Positions 16,400 to 26,951 are shown, numbered from the stretch's first letter. The stretch: DNA of 64,000 nt from an uncultured Christensenella sp. (GCA_964346355.1 CAYFUH010000004.1:2769-66768); one strand, 5' to 3'. Made by a program: numbers and translations. The notes: generated from the letters alone by a model not told the origin.

Positions 16400-18169
16400 A
16401 TGAGTGAAGCAAGTGTGATACATCCAGACAGCCTGTATGCCGCGCTGGTTTCCGGCGCCAGCCGGATAGAAGCCAACCAGGACGTACTAAACCAGGCCAA
16501 CGGGTTTCCGGTTCCCGACCGGGATACCGGCAGCAACCTGGCGTATTTGTTTGGCGCGATCAGGCGGCAGATGGGCCAGGGCACTAGCGTGGCTGTGCTG
16601 CTGGGCAGTTTGAGCGATATTGCCCTCAGATGGGCGCGCGGCAACAGCGGTGCCATCTTTTCACAGTATTTCAACGGCTTGTACCAGGCAGCCAGGCAAA
16701 TGAACGAAGCCCTTCCCCTGCACGCGCTGGCCGTCTTGTTTCAAACAGGCTATGAGTACGCGATCAAAGCAGTGCAATCCCCCAAGGAAGGCACCATCTT
16801 AACTGCGATGCGCAGCTTTAGCGAAGCCTTCGCCGATGCCCTTGCAAAAAAGCAGGAGACAGAGGCCTTGACCGCCTCGCTTTCAACCCTGCGTGTCGCA
16901 GTGGACGGCACCAAAAACACCCTGCCCCAGCAAAAAGCGCTGCAAATGCCGGACGCGGGCGCGATGGCATTTTTGTACTTTGTGGAAGGCTTTGTGGATT
17001 CCATCGTAAGCGGCGCACCGGTGCCAGTACAAGACAGCGCTGCCATTGATATCACGCAGGAGATAAGCCATATTCACAGCGATGAGGTGCTGACCCACCG
17101 CTACTGCACCGAGGTGCTGCTGGAAAAAGCCGGCACAGCGCCCCTGCAGACAAAAGTGCATGAAGTGCTGTTTGGTCTGGGCGACTCCCAGGTGGTATCT
17201 GAAACCGACAGCCTGCTGCGCGCGCATGTGCACAGCAACCACCCGGATCAGGTTGTGGACGCGCTGTCCGCCTTTGGACGCATGGTTGAAGTCAAGGCGG
17301 ATGATATGACCTGCCAGCAGGCCCTCTCCCGCGATTATCCGGGGCAAACGGCGCTTGTGATCGATTCCATCGCGGATGTGCCCGACAGCCTGCTGTCTGA
17401 GCACGTGTACCGTCTTCCCCTGAACCTGTTGATGGACGGCGTTTCCTATCAGGACAAACGCACCATGTCAGCCAGGCGGGTCAAGGAAAACCGCGCGCGC
17501 ATCAGCAGCTCGCAGCTAAACCGCAGCGAGGTAAGCGCCTTTTTGGATCCCATCCTCTGCCGTTATGACAGGGTGCTCATCCTGTGCGTATCCTCCAGGA
17601 TGTCGGGCTTGTATGACCGTTTTATGGAATACAAAAGGGCGCACCCTGACCGGGACATCACGCTGGTGGACAGCCGGCTCAACTCCGGCGCCCAGGGGCT
17701 GCTGACCCTTTATGCCAGCAAGATGCAAAAAGAAGGTATGGCGCCGCAGGACATCGCAGCCAGGCTGGAAGCCCTGCGCTTGCGCACCAAAATCTACGTC
17801 AGTGTGCCTGATCTTTCAGCCATGGTATCCTCCGGCCGTTTAAACCGGCGAATCGGCAAACTGCTGATGGCACTGCGCTTTTTGCCGCTTATCACCATCA
17901 ACCCAAAAGGCGAGGGCAGCATTACCGGCCTCACCTTCTCCCAAAAAGCCAACCAGCAGTTGTTGCTGAACAAATTGAAGAAAGCCCAGGTGGCGGAATA
18001 CGCCCTGGTGTACGCGGGGGACCCCGCGCGGGCACGCCAGGCCGCGACAGCCATCCGCGACGCCTTGGGCCAGGAGCCTGCCTATATCAGCGATATCTCA
18101 AGCGTCGTATCCCTCTTCGCGGGCGAGGGCGCCTATGCCGTTGCCTATATTGAAAAGGAGCCGTCATGA
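16400..18169 (+). CDS. Dak2 (DhaL/FakA-like) domain fused to a DegV fatty-acid-binding domain
   Basis: 589 aa. The N-terminus has Dak2-type motifs ([24 protein letters not shown]). The middle has YloV-like HRYCTEVLL. The C-terminal ~280 aa have a DegV signature ([14 protein letters not shown]..., SSRMSGLYD). Confidence 0.8.
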   Translation: MSEASVIHPDSLYAALVSGASRIEANQDVLNQANGFPVPDRDTGSNLAYLFGAIRRQMGQGTSVAVLLGSLSDIALRWARGNSGAIFSQYFNGLYQAARQMNEALPLHALAVLFQTGYEYAIKAVQSPKEGTILTAMRSFSEAFADALAKKQETEALTASLSTLRVAVDGTKNTLPQQKALQMPDAGAMAFLYFVEGFVDSIVSGAPVPVQDSAAIDITQEISHIHSDEVLTHRYCTEVLLEKAGTAPLQTKVHEVLFGLGDSQVVSETDSLLRAHVHSNHPDQVVDALSAFGRMVEVKADDMTCQQALSRDYPGQTALVIDSIADVPDSLLSEHVYRLPLNLLMDGVSYQDKRTMSARRVKENRARISSSQLNRSEVSAFLDPILCRYDRVLILCVSSRMSGLYDRFMEYKRAHPDRDITLVDSRLNSGAQGLLTLYASKMQKEGMAPQDIAARLEALRLRTKIYVSVPDLSAMVSSGRLNRRIGKLLMALRFLPLITINPKGEGSITGLTFSQKANQQLLLNKLKKAQVAEYALVYAGDPARARQAATAIRDALGQEPAYISDISSVVSLFAGEGAYAVAYIEKEPS

Positions 18170-18930
18170 TCCTGTCTTTTGTATTCACTGCCTTCATCGT
18201 GCTGGCCGGCTTCGTGGTGGTCAACCGCGTCGCCGCGCGGATGAAAAAGCATGATGTCCTTGACATCTTCTGGGGCCTTGGGTTCGTGCTGTCAGCGCTT
18301 ACCTCCTATTTGCTTGGCCCAAAGCCGGCTGCCGGGCTGTTGATGACGGTCTTGACCTGCATCTGGGGCAGCCGCCTAAGCGCACACCTGGCCGCGCGCA
18401 ACCTGAACAAACCGGAGGACTTCCGCTACAAAGAAAAGCGTGAAACATGGAAAAACAATTTTGAGCTTACGGTGTTTGTGCGCATGTATGTAAGCCAGTT
18501 CGCACTGAACCTGATCATCGGGCTGCCGGTGATATATATCAACCTGTCGGCAAAGGCAAACGTGAACGCCTTCACATGGTTAGGCTGCCTCATCTGGCTA
18601 GTTGGCATGGTGTTTGAGGTGGTGGGTGACGCCCAGCTTAAGCGGCACATGAAAACTAATCGGGGCACCCTCATCACCACCGGCTTATGGCGCTATACCC
18701 GCCACCCCAATTACTTTGGCGAAAGCCTGGTCTGGTGGGGCATATATGTGATCAGCCTGTCGGGCGGCCTGAGCAACTGGTGGCTCATCATCAGCCCGCT
18801 GACCATTACCTGCTTCTTGCTCTTCATCAGCGGGGTGCCCTTGCTTGAGGAAAAAATGAAAACCCGCCCCGGCTGGGCGGACTACGCACGGCGCACCAGC
18901 AAGTTCTTTCCCCTGCCGCCCAAGAAATAA
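18166..18930 (+). CDS. DUF1295 / steroid-5-alpha-reductase-like polytopic membrane protein
   Basis: 254 aa. ATGA overlap with the upstream gene. Multi-[20 protein letters not shown] motif typical of the DUF1295/ICMT-like superfamily. Confidence 0.8.
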   Translation: MILSFVFTAFIVLAGFVVVNRVAARMKKHDVLDIFWGLGFVLSALTSYLLGPKPAAGLLMTVLTCIWGSRLSAHLAARNLNKPEDFRYKEKRETWKNNFELTVFVRMYVSQFALNLIIGLPVIYINLSAKANVNAFTWLGCLIWLVGMVFEVVGDAQLKRHMKTNRGTLITTGLWRYTRHPNYFGESLVWWGIYVISLSGGLSNWWLIISPLTITCFLLFISGVPLLEEKMKTRPGWADYARRTSKFFPLPPKK

Positions 18931-18949
18931 GAGTTTTTCAACAAAATAA

Positions 18950-18980
18950 AGAGAGGCCCGCTTTGGCGCCTCTCTGTTTT
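18950..18980. terminator. Bidirectional rho-independent terminator
   Basis: AGAGAGGC-loop-GCCTCTCT (8 bp), flanked by an A-run on the left and GTTTT on the right, between convergent genes. Confidence 0.7.
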
Positions 18981-18997
18981 AACAGGGTCGTTTTTGC

Positions 18998-20173
18998 TTA
19001 TTTCCGCGCGACGCCGGTGTCCCGCGCGGCCTGGGCGACCGCCTTGGCCACGGTCTCCCCTACGCGGGGGTCAAAAGCCTGCGGGATGATGAAGTCCTCG
19101 TTCAACTCCTCATCTGACACCAGGCTGGCGATGGCATAGCTGGCTGCCAGGTTCATCTGCTCGTTAATCTGGGAGGCACGCACATCCAGCGCGCCGCGGA
19201 AGATGCCGGGGAAGGCCAGCACGTTGTTGATCTGGTTGGGGAAGTCGCTGCGGCCGGTGCCGACCACGCGGGCGCCCCCCTCTTTGGCCTCGTCCGGATA
19301 GATTTCCGGCACGGGGTTGGCCATCGGGAAGAGGATGGCGTCCTTGGCCATGGATTTGACCATGTCCACGCTCACCAGCCCGGGGCCGGAGACACCCAGG
19401 AACATGTCCGCGTCCACCATGGCGTCCGCCAGCGTGCCCTGCTTTTTCCCGGGGTTGATGCGCTTGCACAGCTCGGCCTGGTCCTGCGCCAGATCCCCGC
19501 GCCCGTCGTACAGGATGCCTTTGCGGTTGACCAGGTACATCTCCGGCCCCGCGCCCATGGCCAGCAGGTGCTTGGCGATGGCGATGCCGGCAGCGCCCGC
19601 ACCGGAGATGACGATCTTTAAGTTACCGATGTCCTTTTTGACCAGTTTGAGCGCGTTGATGACCGCCGCGCCCGCGACAATGGCAGTGCCGTGCTGGTCA
19701 TCATGAAAAATCGGGATGTCGCACAGCTCCTGCAGGCGCTTTTCAATCTCAAAGCAGCGGGGGGCGGCGATGTCCTCCAGGTTGATGCCGCCAAAGGAGC
19801 CGGAGATCAAGTAGATGGTGCGGACAATTTCGTCCACATCCTTGCTGCGGATGCACAAAGGGAAGGCGTCCACGCCGCCGAAGGTCTTAAACAGCGCGCA
19901 CTTGCCTTCCATGACGGGCATGCCCGCTTCCGGACCGATATCACCCAGGCCCAAAACAGCGGTGCCGTCGGTCACCACCAACACCAGGTTGTTGCGGCGG
20001 GTCAGGTCAAAGGACAGGTTGTAATCCTCCTTTATGGCCAGGCAGGGCGCCGCGACGCCGGGGGTATAGGCCAGGGACAGATCCTTCGCGTTGTTGACGG
20101 GCGCGCGGGAGATGACCTCGATCTTCCCGCCCCATTCCTTGTGCAGACGCAGCGCTTCTTTTTGTGTATCCAA
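18998..20173 (-). CDS. NAD(P)-dependent malic enzyme (short form)
   Basis: 391 aa. LRLHKEWGGKIEV, DLSLAYTPGVA, VVTDGTAVLGLGDIG, Rossmann ISGAGAAGIAIAKHL. Confidence 0.92.
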   Translation of the reverse strand: MDTQKEALRLHKEWGGKIEVISRAPVNNAKDLSLAYTPGVAAPCLAIKEDYNLSFDLTRRNNLVLVVTDGTAVLGLGDIGPEAGMPVMEGKCALFKTFGGVDAFPLCIRSKDVDEIVRTIYLISGSFGGINLEDIAAPRCFEIEKRLQELCDIPIFHDDQHGTAIVAGAAVINALKLVKKDIGNLKIVISGAGAAGIAIAKHLLAMGAGPEMYLVNRKGILYDGRGDLAQDQAELCKRINPGKKQGTLADAMVDADMFLGVSGPGLVSVDMVKSMAKDAILFPMANPVPEIYPDEAKEGGARVVGTGRSDFPNQINNVLAFPGIFRGALDVRASQINEQMNLAASYAIASLVSDEELNEDFIIPQAFDPRVGETVAKAVAQAARDTGVARK

Positions 20174-20365
20174 GTTTGCTGTCCTCCTGATTTTGATTGA
20201 GTTAATACAACAAAAATGCTAACACAGCCAATGGGGGCTGTCAATCAAAAGGCATGGGTGCTTCATTGCAGGGATTCTTTGATTTTACAATGTTTTCGCG
20301 CCAAATCAATTGAGCAAACCAGCCGCATCTGCTAAGATAATGCGATGAACCACAGGAGGGGGCAG

Positions 20366-21562
20366 ATGAATCAGAATGCGGAGCCAGGCCAATCAGCCAG
20401 GCTGTTGTTTTATGTCACCGCGCTGTTTTGGTGCGCGCAGTACAGCTACACCCAATATATCAACCCGGAATTGATTCGGATGGGCGCCAGCGGCCTGTTC
20501 ATGGGCATGGTGGCGGGCGCTTATGGCTTTACGCAGATGGTGCTGCGCATCCCGCTTGGCATCATGGCCGACCGCATCGGGCGGCAAAAGCCGTTTGTGG
20601 TCATCGGCTGCCTGCTGTCCGCACTCGCCTGCGCCGGGTTTTTGCTGATGTACACCCCCTCTGGCTTTTTGATTTCCAGGGGTTTGGCCGGCGTTGGTTC
20701 CGCGGCCTGGGTGTCCTTTACGGTGCTGTACAGCGCTTATTTCCCGCACCATGAAGGCCCGCGGCGCATCTCCCACTTAAACGCAGCCAATATGTCAGGG
20801 CGCTTGGTGGGTTTCTTCCTGGTTCTCTTCATCATCCCCCGCCTGGGCGTTAAATCCTCCTTCAGCTTCAGCTTAGCGGCCGCCCTGCTGGCCTTCTTCC
20901 TCAGCACGACGCTCAAAGAGCCGCGCCATGTCAAACAGGGCATCCGCTTAAAGGATATTGTGCTGGTGGCCCGGGATAAATACCTGATCGCCTGCTCCAT
21001 TGTGGGCATTTTGACCCAGGTGGTGGCCTTCAACACCTATTACGGCTTCACCGTCAACGTGGCCAAGCGCCTGGGCGCGGCGGACGCGATGCTCACCTGG
21101 CTTAACATCGCCCTTTTAATTCCCACCATTTTGATGAACCTGCTGCTGACCAAAACCCTGCTTGCCCGCTTTAGCGCGCGCGTGCTGGTCTGCATAGGCT
21201 TCCTGCTGGGCGCAGTCTACTGCGTCCTGGTGCCGATGGCACAAAACATGACGCAGCTGCTGCTCCTTCAAATCCTGGGCGGCAGCTCCAGCACCCTGAC
21301 CTTTGGCGTGCTCATTGGCCAAAGCGTGCGGGACATCCGCCAGGAGATGCGCGCGGTGGCCATGGGCTTTTACCAGGCCGTGTACGGCATCGGCATGACG
21401 CTGGGCCCGGTGTTGATGGGCGTCTTGATTGACACAAGCGGCCTTGACAACGCGTTTTTCGCGGTGGCGGGTTTCGCGCTCCTCTCCGGTGTCCTGTCCT
21501 ACTACCTGCTCAACATTCCGCCCCAAAACCAACCAAACTTGAAAGAAGAGGCATATGAGTAA
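20366..21562 (+). CDS. MFS transporter
   Basis: ORF 20345.. trimmed to ATG 20366 (GGAGGGGG RBS). About 12 TM segments. MFS loop motif GIMADRIGRQKP. Confidence 0.85.
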   Translation: MNQNAEPGQSARLLFYVTALFWCAQYSYTQYINPELIRMGASGLFMGMVAGAYGFTQMVLRIPLGIMADRIGRQKPFVVIGCLLSALACAGFLLMYTPSGFLISRGLAGVGSAAWVSFTVLYSAYFPHHEGPRRISHLNAANMSGRLVGFFLVLFIIPRLGVKSSFSFSLAAALLAFFLSTTLKEPRHVKQGIRLKDIVLVARDKYLIACSIVGILTQVVAFNTYYGFTVNVAKRLGAADAMLTWLNIALLIPTILMNLLLTKTLLARFSARVLVCIGFLLGAVYCVLVPMAQNMTQLLLLQILGGSSSTLTFGVLIGQSVRDIRQEMRAVAMGFYQAVYGIGMTLGPVLMGVLIDTSGLDNAFFAVAGFALLSGVLSYYLLNIPPQNQPNLKEEAYE

Positions 21563-22727
21563 ACGGGTCTATTTAAAACCAGTCAAGGAAAAACGGGTCA
21601 TGAACGGCCACCCCTGGGTCTTCGCCAGCGACATTGACCGCGCGGAACGGGGCGTGCGTCCCGGCGACATCGTCACCGTGGTGGCTGCGCGCGGCCGTCC
21701 CATCGGCATGGCATTGTACAACTCCCACTCCCAGATCACGCTGCGCATGCTCACAGACCGGGAGATGGACATTGACGCAGGCTTCATCAAGGAACGGGTG
21801 CGCCAGGCCATCAGCCTGCGCCGCCAGCTGGGCATCTTGGGTGCCTGCCGCTTAATCAACGCGGAAAGCGACGGCCTGCCCGCGGTGATTGTAGACCAGT
21901 ACGCGGATGTGCTGAGTGTGCAGATCCTTTCCTTAGGCATGGCCAACTTCCAGCAGGACATTGTGGATACCCTGGTGGAAGCGCTCAAGCCGCGGGGCAT
22001 CTGGGAGCGCAATGACGTACCCGTGCGCAGGCTGGAAGGCATGGAGCAGTCTACCGGCCTGTTATATGGCGAGGTGCCCGAGCAGGTGCAGGTGACAGAA
22101 AACGGCCTGACCATTCTGGTGGACGTGAAACGCGGCCAGAAAACCGGCTATTTCCTCGACCAGCGGGAGAACCGCGCCGCCATCGCGCCCTTTTGCAGGG
22201 ACGCTAAAGTGCTGGACATCTGCACGCATACGGGCTCCTTCGCGCTGCACGCAGCGCACTATGGCGCGAAGGATATCACCGCGGTGGATATCTCCGAAAC
22301 GGCGATTGACTGCGCAAAGGACAACGCCAAGGCGAACGGCTTCACCAATATCGATTTTGTGACAGCCAACGCGTTTGACTATCTGCGCCAGCAGTCCGAT
22401 GCGGGCGCGCGCTATGACCTGATCATCTTGGACCCGCCCGCCTTTGCCAAGAACAAGGCCGCGCTGCACGGTGCCTTCAAGGGCTATAAAGAGATCAACC
22501 TGCGGGCGCTGAAAATGCTGGAACCGGGCGGCATCCTGGTCACCTGCTCCTGCTCCCAGGCCATGCAGCCGCCGCTGTTTTTGGACATGCTGCAGCAGGC
22601 AGCCACGGACGCGCGGGTTGGCATCCAGGTGTTGGATTGGCGGGGACCTGCCAAGGATCACCCCATGCTGCCCGCCGCGCCGGAGACCAACTACCTAAAA
22701 TGCGTCTTTTTGCGGGTGGTGAAATAA
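21555..22727 (+). CDS. Class I SAM-dependent rRNA (m5C) methyltransferase, RlmI-like (PUA + MTase)
   Basis: 390 aa. N-terminal PUA-like region (GHPWVFASDI), LDICTHTGSFALHAA, ILDPPAFAK. Confidence 0.8.
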   Translation: MSKRVYLKPVKEKRVMNGHPWVFASDIDRAERGVRPGDIVTVVAARGRPIGMALYNSHSQITLRMLTDREMDIDAGFIKERVRQAISLRRQLGILGACRLINAESDGLPAVIVDQYADVLSVQILSLGMANFQQDIVDTLVEALKPRGIWERNDVPVRRLEGMEQSTGLLYGEVPEQVQVTENGLTILVDVKRGQKTGYFLDQRENRAAIAPFCRDAKVLDICTHTGSFALHAAHYGAKDITAVDISETAIDCAKDNAKANGFTNIDFVTANAFDYLRQQSDAGARYDLIILDPPAFAKNKAALHGAFKGYKEINLRALKMLEPGGILVTCSCSQAMQPPLFLDMLQQAATDARVGIQVLDWRGPAKDHPMLPAAPETNYLKCVFLRVVK

Positions 22728-22797
22728 GCCCGCTTCCTTGCCCCAACAGGGTTTCCTCTGTATAATACGCGTATAGCAAGAAAGGGCGTAGACTGCG

Positions 22798-24498
22798 ATG
22801 AGTGAAGCAAACGAAAAAACCAATTTTATCTGGGACGCGATAGACCAGGACTTAAAGGAAGGCCGTGTGCAGCGCGTGCACACCCGCTTCCCGCCAGAGC
22901 CTAACGGCCACCTGCACATTGGCCACTGCAAAGCCCTGGTGGCGGATTTTGCCACCGCAGAACGCTATGGCGGCTTGTGCAACCTGCGCTTTGACGATAC
23001 CAACCCCACCAAGGAAGAGACCGAGTATGTGGATGGCATCATGGAGGACATCCGCTGGCTGGGTTTTGAATGGAACGGCGGCCTCTATTTTGCCAGCGAT
23101 TACTACCAGCAGTGCTATGACATCGCGGAGGACTTCATCAAACGGGGCTTGGCCTATGTGGACGAGTTGACCCAGGAGCAGATCCGGGAATACCGGGGCA
23201 CCCTCACCCAGCCGGGCAAAAACAGCCCCTTCCGGGACCGCCCCGCTGAAGAGAGCCTGGACCTGTTCCGCCGCATGCGGGCCGGGGAGTTCCCCGAGGG
23301 CAGCTACGTGCTGCGCAGCAAGATTGACATGACCTCCCCCAACATCAACATGCGGGATCCGATCATGTACCGCATCCTGTATGAGGAGCACCACCGCACC
23401 GGACGTGACTGGTGCATCTATCCCATGTATGATTTCTCTCACCCCCTGGGGGACGCCATTGAGGGCATCACCCACAGCCTGTGCTCCCTGGAGTTTGAGG
23501 ACCACCGCCCCCTGTACGACTGGGCGGTGGAGCACGCCGGTTTCCGGGAGCCTCACACGGACAAGCACGGCTACAAGACCTATGGCCCCCGGCAGATTGA
23601 GTTTGCCCGGCTGAACCTCACCCGCACCATCATGAGCAAGCGCTACCTGCGCCGCTTGGTGGAGGAGGGCCATGTCACCGGCTGGGATGATCCCCGGATG
23701 CCCACCCTCATCGGCATGCGCCGCCGGGGCTATACCCCCGAAGCCATCCGGGACTTCATCGACCGGGTGGGCCTGGCCAAGGCCGACAGCGTTGTGGACC
23801 TGGGCCTGCTGGAGTTTTGCATCCGCAACGACCTGGGCAGCAAAGCGCCCCGGGTGATGGCCGTCCAGAACCCCCTGAAAATTGTCCTTTCAAACTGGGA
23901 CGCCGGCAAGACCGACTCCCTGGAGATGGTGAACCACCCGGACCACCCCGAGTTTGGCACCCGCCACATCACCTTGGGCCGGGAAATCTATATCGAGCAG
24001 GAGGACTTCATGGAGGATCCCCCCGGGAAGTTCTTCCGCTTAAAGCCCGGCGGCGAGGTGCGCCTCATGGGCGCATACATCATCAAGTGCGAGGAGGTCA
24101 TCAAGAAACCCGACGGCAGCATTGACCACCTGGTGTGCTCTGTGGATCTGGACAGCCGTTCCGGCAGCGAAGGGGCCAAGCGCCGCGTGAAGGGCACCCT
24201 CCACTGGGTGGATGCCGCCACCGCCGTCCCCTACGAAGCCCGCTTGTATGAGCCCCTCTTAGCCGACCCCGAGGACATCGATGACGGCACGGACAAAAAG
24301 GACTTTATCTCCAGGCTGAACCCCAACAGCCTGAAGGTGGTGCACGGCTTGATGGAGCCCAGTTTGAAGGAAGCAGAGGTGGGCGATACCTTCCAGTTCA
24401 TGCGCACCGGCTACTTCTGCAAGGACCGGGACTCCACAGAAGAGATGCCCGTGTTTAACCTGGTGGTCAGCTTGAAGGACAGCTACCGCCCCTCATAA
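22798..24498 (+). CDS. glnS: Glutamine--tRNA ligase
   Basis: 566 aa. RFPPEPNGHLHIGH (HIGH motif) and IMSKR (KMSKS-type motif). TATAAT about 35 nt upstream. Confidence 0.93.
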   Translation: MSEANEKTNFIWDAIDQDLKEGRVQRVHTRFPPEPNGHLHIGHCKALVADFATAERYGGLCNLRFDDTNPTKEETEYVDGIMEDIRWLGFEWNGGLYFASDYYQQCYDIAEDFIKRGLAYVDELTQEQIREYRGTLTQPGKNSPFRDRPAEESLDLFRRMRAGEFPEGSYVLRSKIDMTSPNINMRDPIMYRILYEEHHRTGRDWCIYPMYDFSHPLGDAIEGITHSLCSLEFEDHRPLYDWAVEHAGFREPHTDKHGYKTYGPRQIEFARLNLTRTIMSKRYLRRLVEEGHVTGWDDPRMPTLIGMRRRGYTPEAIRDFIDRVGLAKADSVVDLGLLEFCIRNDLGSKAPRVMAVQNPLKIVLSNWDAGKTDSLEMVNHPDHPEFGTRHITLGREIYIEQEDFMEDPPGKFFRLKPGGEVRLMGAYIIKCEEVIKKPDGSIDHLVCSVDLDSRSGSEGAKRRVKGTLHWVDAATAVPYEARLYEPLLADPEDIDDGTDKKDFISRLNPNSLKVVHGLMEPSLKEAEVGDTFQFMRTGYFCKDRDSTEEMPVFNLVVSLKDSYRPS

Positions 24499-24525
24499 TT
24501 GATGATTACGGAAAGAAGGACCCTC

Positions 24526-25977
24526 ATGGCTCAAGTACGCACCCGTTTCGCCCCTTCCCCCACCGGCTTTATGCACCTGGGCGGTTTGCGCACCGCCTTG
24601 TACTGCTATTTGTTTACCAGGAAGCATGACGGCAAGTTCATCCTGCGCATCGAGGACACCGACCAGGAACGCTTTGTGGAAGGCGCGACGGACGTCATCT
24701 ATGACACGCTGCGCGGCTGCGGCATTCACTGGGACGAGGGCCCGGACATTGGCGGCCCGGCCGCGCCCTATATCCAGTCCGAGCGCAAGGACAGTTATCT
24801 GCCCTTCGCCAAGCAGTTAATTGACAGCGGCAACGCCTATTACTGCTTTTGCACCAAGGAGGACCTGGCCAAGCGGCGTGAAGCCGTGGAAAAAGAGGGC
24901 GGCACCTGGAAGTACGACAAGCACTGCCTGCACCTGGGAAGTGAAGAAATCCAGAAGAAACTGGCCTCGGGCATGCCCTATGTGATCCGCCAAAACACGC
25001 CGACCACAGGCGACAGCAGCTTTGATGACCTGGTGTACGGCCATATCACAGCGCCCAACGACACCTTGGATGATATGGTATTAATCAAGGCGGACGGGAT
25101 GCCTACCTACAATTTTGCCAACGTGGTTGACGACCACACCATGGGCATCACCCACGTAATCCGCGGGATGGAGTACCTGTCCAGCACGCCCAAATACAAC
25201 CTGCTGTACAAAGCCCTGGGCTTTCCGATTCCGGAGTATATCCACCTGCCCACCGTCATGCGCGACAGCAAGCACAAATTGTCCAAACGCGACGGGGATG
25301 CCTATTACAGCGACTTCATCAAAAAGGGGTACCTGACCGAAGCCCTGATCAACTACCTGGCGCTGGTGGGCTGGAACCCGGGCGATGAGCGGGAGTTCTT
25401 CACGATGGAGGAGCTGATTGATGCCTTCTCGGTGGAAGGCATCTCCAAGTCCCCCGCCATCTTTGACACCAACAAATTAACCTGGTTTAACGCGGAATAC
25501 ATCCGTAGGATGGATCCGGACGACTATTTTGAGATGGCCAATCCCTGGTTTGACCAGGCGCTTTCAGGCAGCATCCAGGATGTGCGCCGCCTGGCAGAGC
25601 TGATGCAAAGCCGGACGGAGGTCTTTTCCGGCATTCCGGAGATGATTGCCTTCTTCCGCGATCGGCCGGAGATTGACCCGGAGCTGTATATCAACAAGAA
25701 GCAAAAATCAAGCGCGGAGAGCACACCGGAGGCGCTGGCCTTGTCTGTCAGTTTGCTGGAAGGCGTCAGTGACTGGACGGAGGAAAACATCCACGAAGCC
25801 CTGCTTTCCGGCATCAAGGAAGCGGGCATGAAAAACGGCACCGTGCTGTGGCCCCTGCGCATCGCCTTGTCAGGCCAATTGTCCACCCCCGGCGGCGCGA
25901 TTGAGATCGCCTACCTGCTGGGCCGGGAGGAAACCTTCCGCCGCCTGTTAAGCGCGATGGACCAATTGACAGCGTAA
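24526..25977 (+). CDS. gltX: Glutamate--tRNA ligase
   Basis: ORF 24499.. trimmed to ATG 24526 (GAAAGAAGGA RBS). RFAPSPTGFMHLGGLRTAL, KLSKRDG. Confidence 0.93.
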   Translation: MAQVRTRFAPSPTGFMHLGGLRTALYCYLFTRKHDGKFILRIEDTDQERFVEGATDVIYDTLRGCGIHWDEGPDIGGPAAPYIQSERKDSYLPFAKQLIDSGNAYYCFCTKEDLAKRREAVEKEGGTWKYDKHCLHLGSEEIQKKLASGMPYVIRQNTPTTGDSSFDDLVYGHITAPNDTLDDMVLIKADGMPTYNFANVVDDHTMGITHVIRGMEYLSSTPKYNLLYKALGFPIPEYIHLPTVMRDSKHKLSKRDGDAYYSDFIKKGYLTEALINYLALVGWNPGDEREFFTMEELIDAFSVEGISKSPAIFDTNKLTWFNAEYIRRMDPDDYFEMANPWFDQALSGSIQDVRRLAELMQSRTEVFSGIPEMIAFFRDRPEIDPELYINKKQKSSAESTPEALALSVSLLEGVSDWTEENIHEALLSGIKEAGMKNGTVLWPLRIALSGQLSTPGGAIEIAYLLGREETFRRLLSAMDQLTA

Positions 25978-26091
25978 AGGTAAAGTACAGGTAAAAATCT
26001 GCCAAAAAACAGCCAGAAGCCCCGGAAATTACTTGAACCGCGCGCCCAAGCCATGTATACTGTGGTAAGAATTAAATGGAGGTACCAATAG

Positions 26092-26328
26092 ATGAAATCA
26101 GTCCCGATCAAATTAAGTTTCGCTGAGGAAGTAAAAACCTTCGTCAACGTCGCCAACCGCTATGACTATGACATGGACCTGCGCGCCGGCCGCCATGTGG
26201 TGGACGCCAAGTCCATCCTGGGCATCTTCTCCCTGGATTTGAGCAAGCCCATCACCCTGGAAATCTATTCTGATGATTGTGATGACCTGCTTGAAGACCT
26301 CAAAGCCTTTGTGGTGTGGACTGAATAG
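26092..26328 (+). CDS. HPr-family protein lacking the His15 phosphorylation site (Crh-like)
   Basis: 78 aa. DAKSILGIFSLDL aligns with the HPr Ser46 region (KSIMGVMSLG). The position equivalent to GIHARPA reads LSFAEEV, so there is no His. It has its own promoter-like TTGAAC...TATACT and its own terminator. Confidence 0.75.
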   Translation: MKSVPIKLSFAEEVKTFVNVANRYDYDMDLRAGRHVVDAKSILGIFSLDLSKPITLEIYSDDCDDLLEDLKAFVVWTE

Positions 26329-26337
26329 ACACTGATC

Positions 26338-26365
26338 AAGGCCGGGATATCCCTGGCCTTTTTTG
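26338..26365 (+). terminator. Rho-independent terminator
   Basis: AAGGCCGGGA-TA-TCCCTGGCCTT followed by TTTTG. Confidence 0.75.
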
Positions 26366-26387
26366 TGAAATGGTATGAAAGGATGCC

Positions 26388-26951
26388 ATGATTCAAATCT
26401 CGAAGGAACATATTCTCATCAGAAGCGCCGTGCTTGCTGACGCGCCCTTGCTGAACGCATGGTGGAATCACGGCGCCGTCATGGCCCATGCCGGCTTTCC
26501 CAAGGGCCTGGGTCAAAGCATGGAAGAAACCCGGCGGCAGATTGCCGCCCATGAAGGCAAATTAAGCCAGCTGTGCATGATTCTCATTGATGGAAAGCCT
26601 GTTGGGGAAGCCAGCTTCCGCATCGGGCAGAATGAAGCCGAGACCGGCTTTAAAATTTGCGACAGCAGCTACCAGAACCGGGGCTATGGCAAACAGATCA
26701 TCTGGATGGTGTTTGAGTATCTGTTTTTAGATGAAGCCCTGGGCAGCAAAATGCCCATCCACCGCATTTTTTGGGATACCAACCTGAACAACACCCGGGC
26801 CCAGCATGTTTACGAAGCCCTGGGCGCCACCAGATTGCAGGTTGTGAAGGACGCCTTTACTGACCAGCTGGGGGCATCCCAAAGCGCAGTAGAATACCAG
26901 CTGACCCGGGAAGACTTCCTGAAGCTTCAAGCGCAAAGGCAGACAGTTTAA
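26388..26951 (+). CDS. GNAT family N-acetyltransferase
   Basis: 187 aa. Acetyl-CoA site-like QNRGYGKQ. General GNAT layout. Confidence 0.8.
   Translation: MIQISKEHILIRSAVLADAPLLNAWWNHGAVMAHAGFPKGLGQSMEETRRQIAAHEGKLSQLCMILIDGKPVGEASFRIGQNEAETGFKICDSSYQNRGYGKQIIWMVFEYLFLDEALGSKMPIHRIFWDTNLNNTRAQHVYEALGATRLQVVKDAFTDQLGASQSAVEYQLTREDFLKLQAQRQTV

Noticed and set aside
16117-16674. N-terminal extensions of ORF-track entries, for example the 733-aa version of the SBP. The same applies to 3429..4607, 30734..32086, 31704..32666, 35456..36298 and 36229..37287.
   Set aside because: The upstream parts cross intergenic promoters or overlap neighbouring genes and lack sensible sequence. In each case an internal ATG or GTG with a GGAGG-type RBS and a proper signal peptide or family N-terminus gives the real start.
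22728-22797. T-box leader upstream of glnS/gltX
   Set aside because: The gaps are 70 nt and 27 nt, far shorter than a T-box (about 200 nt or more). No specifier or T-box sequence is visible.
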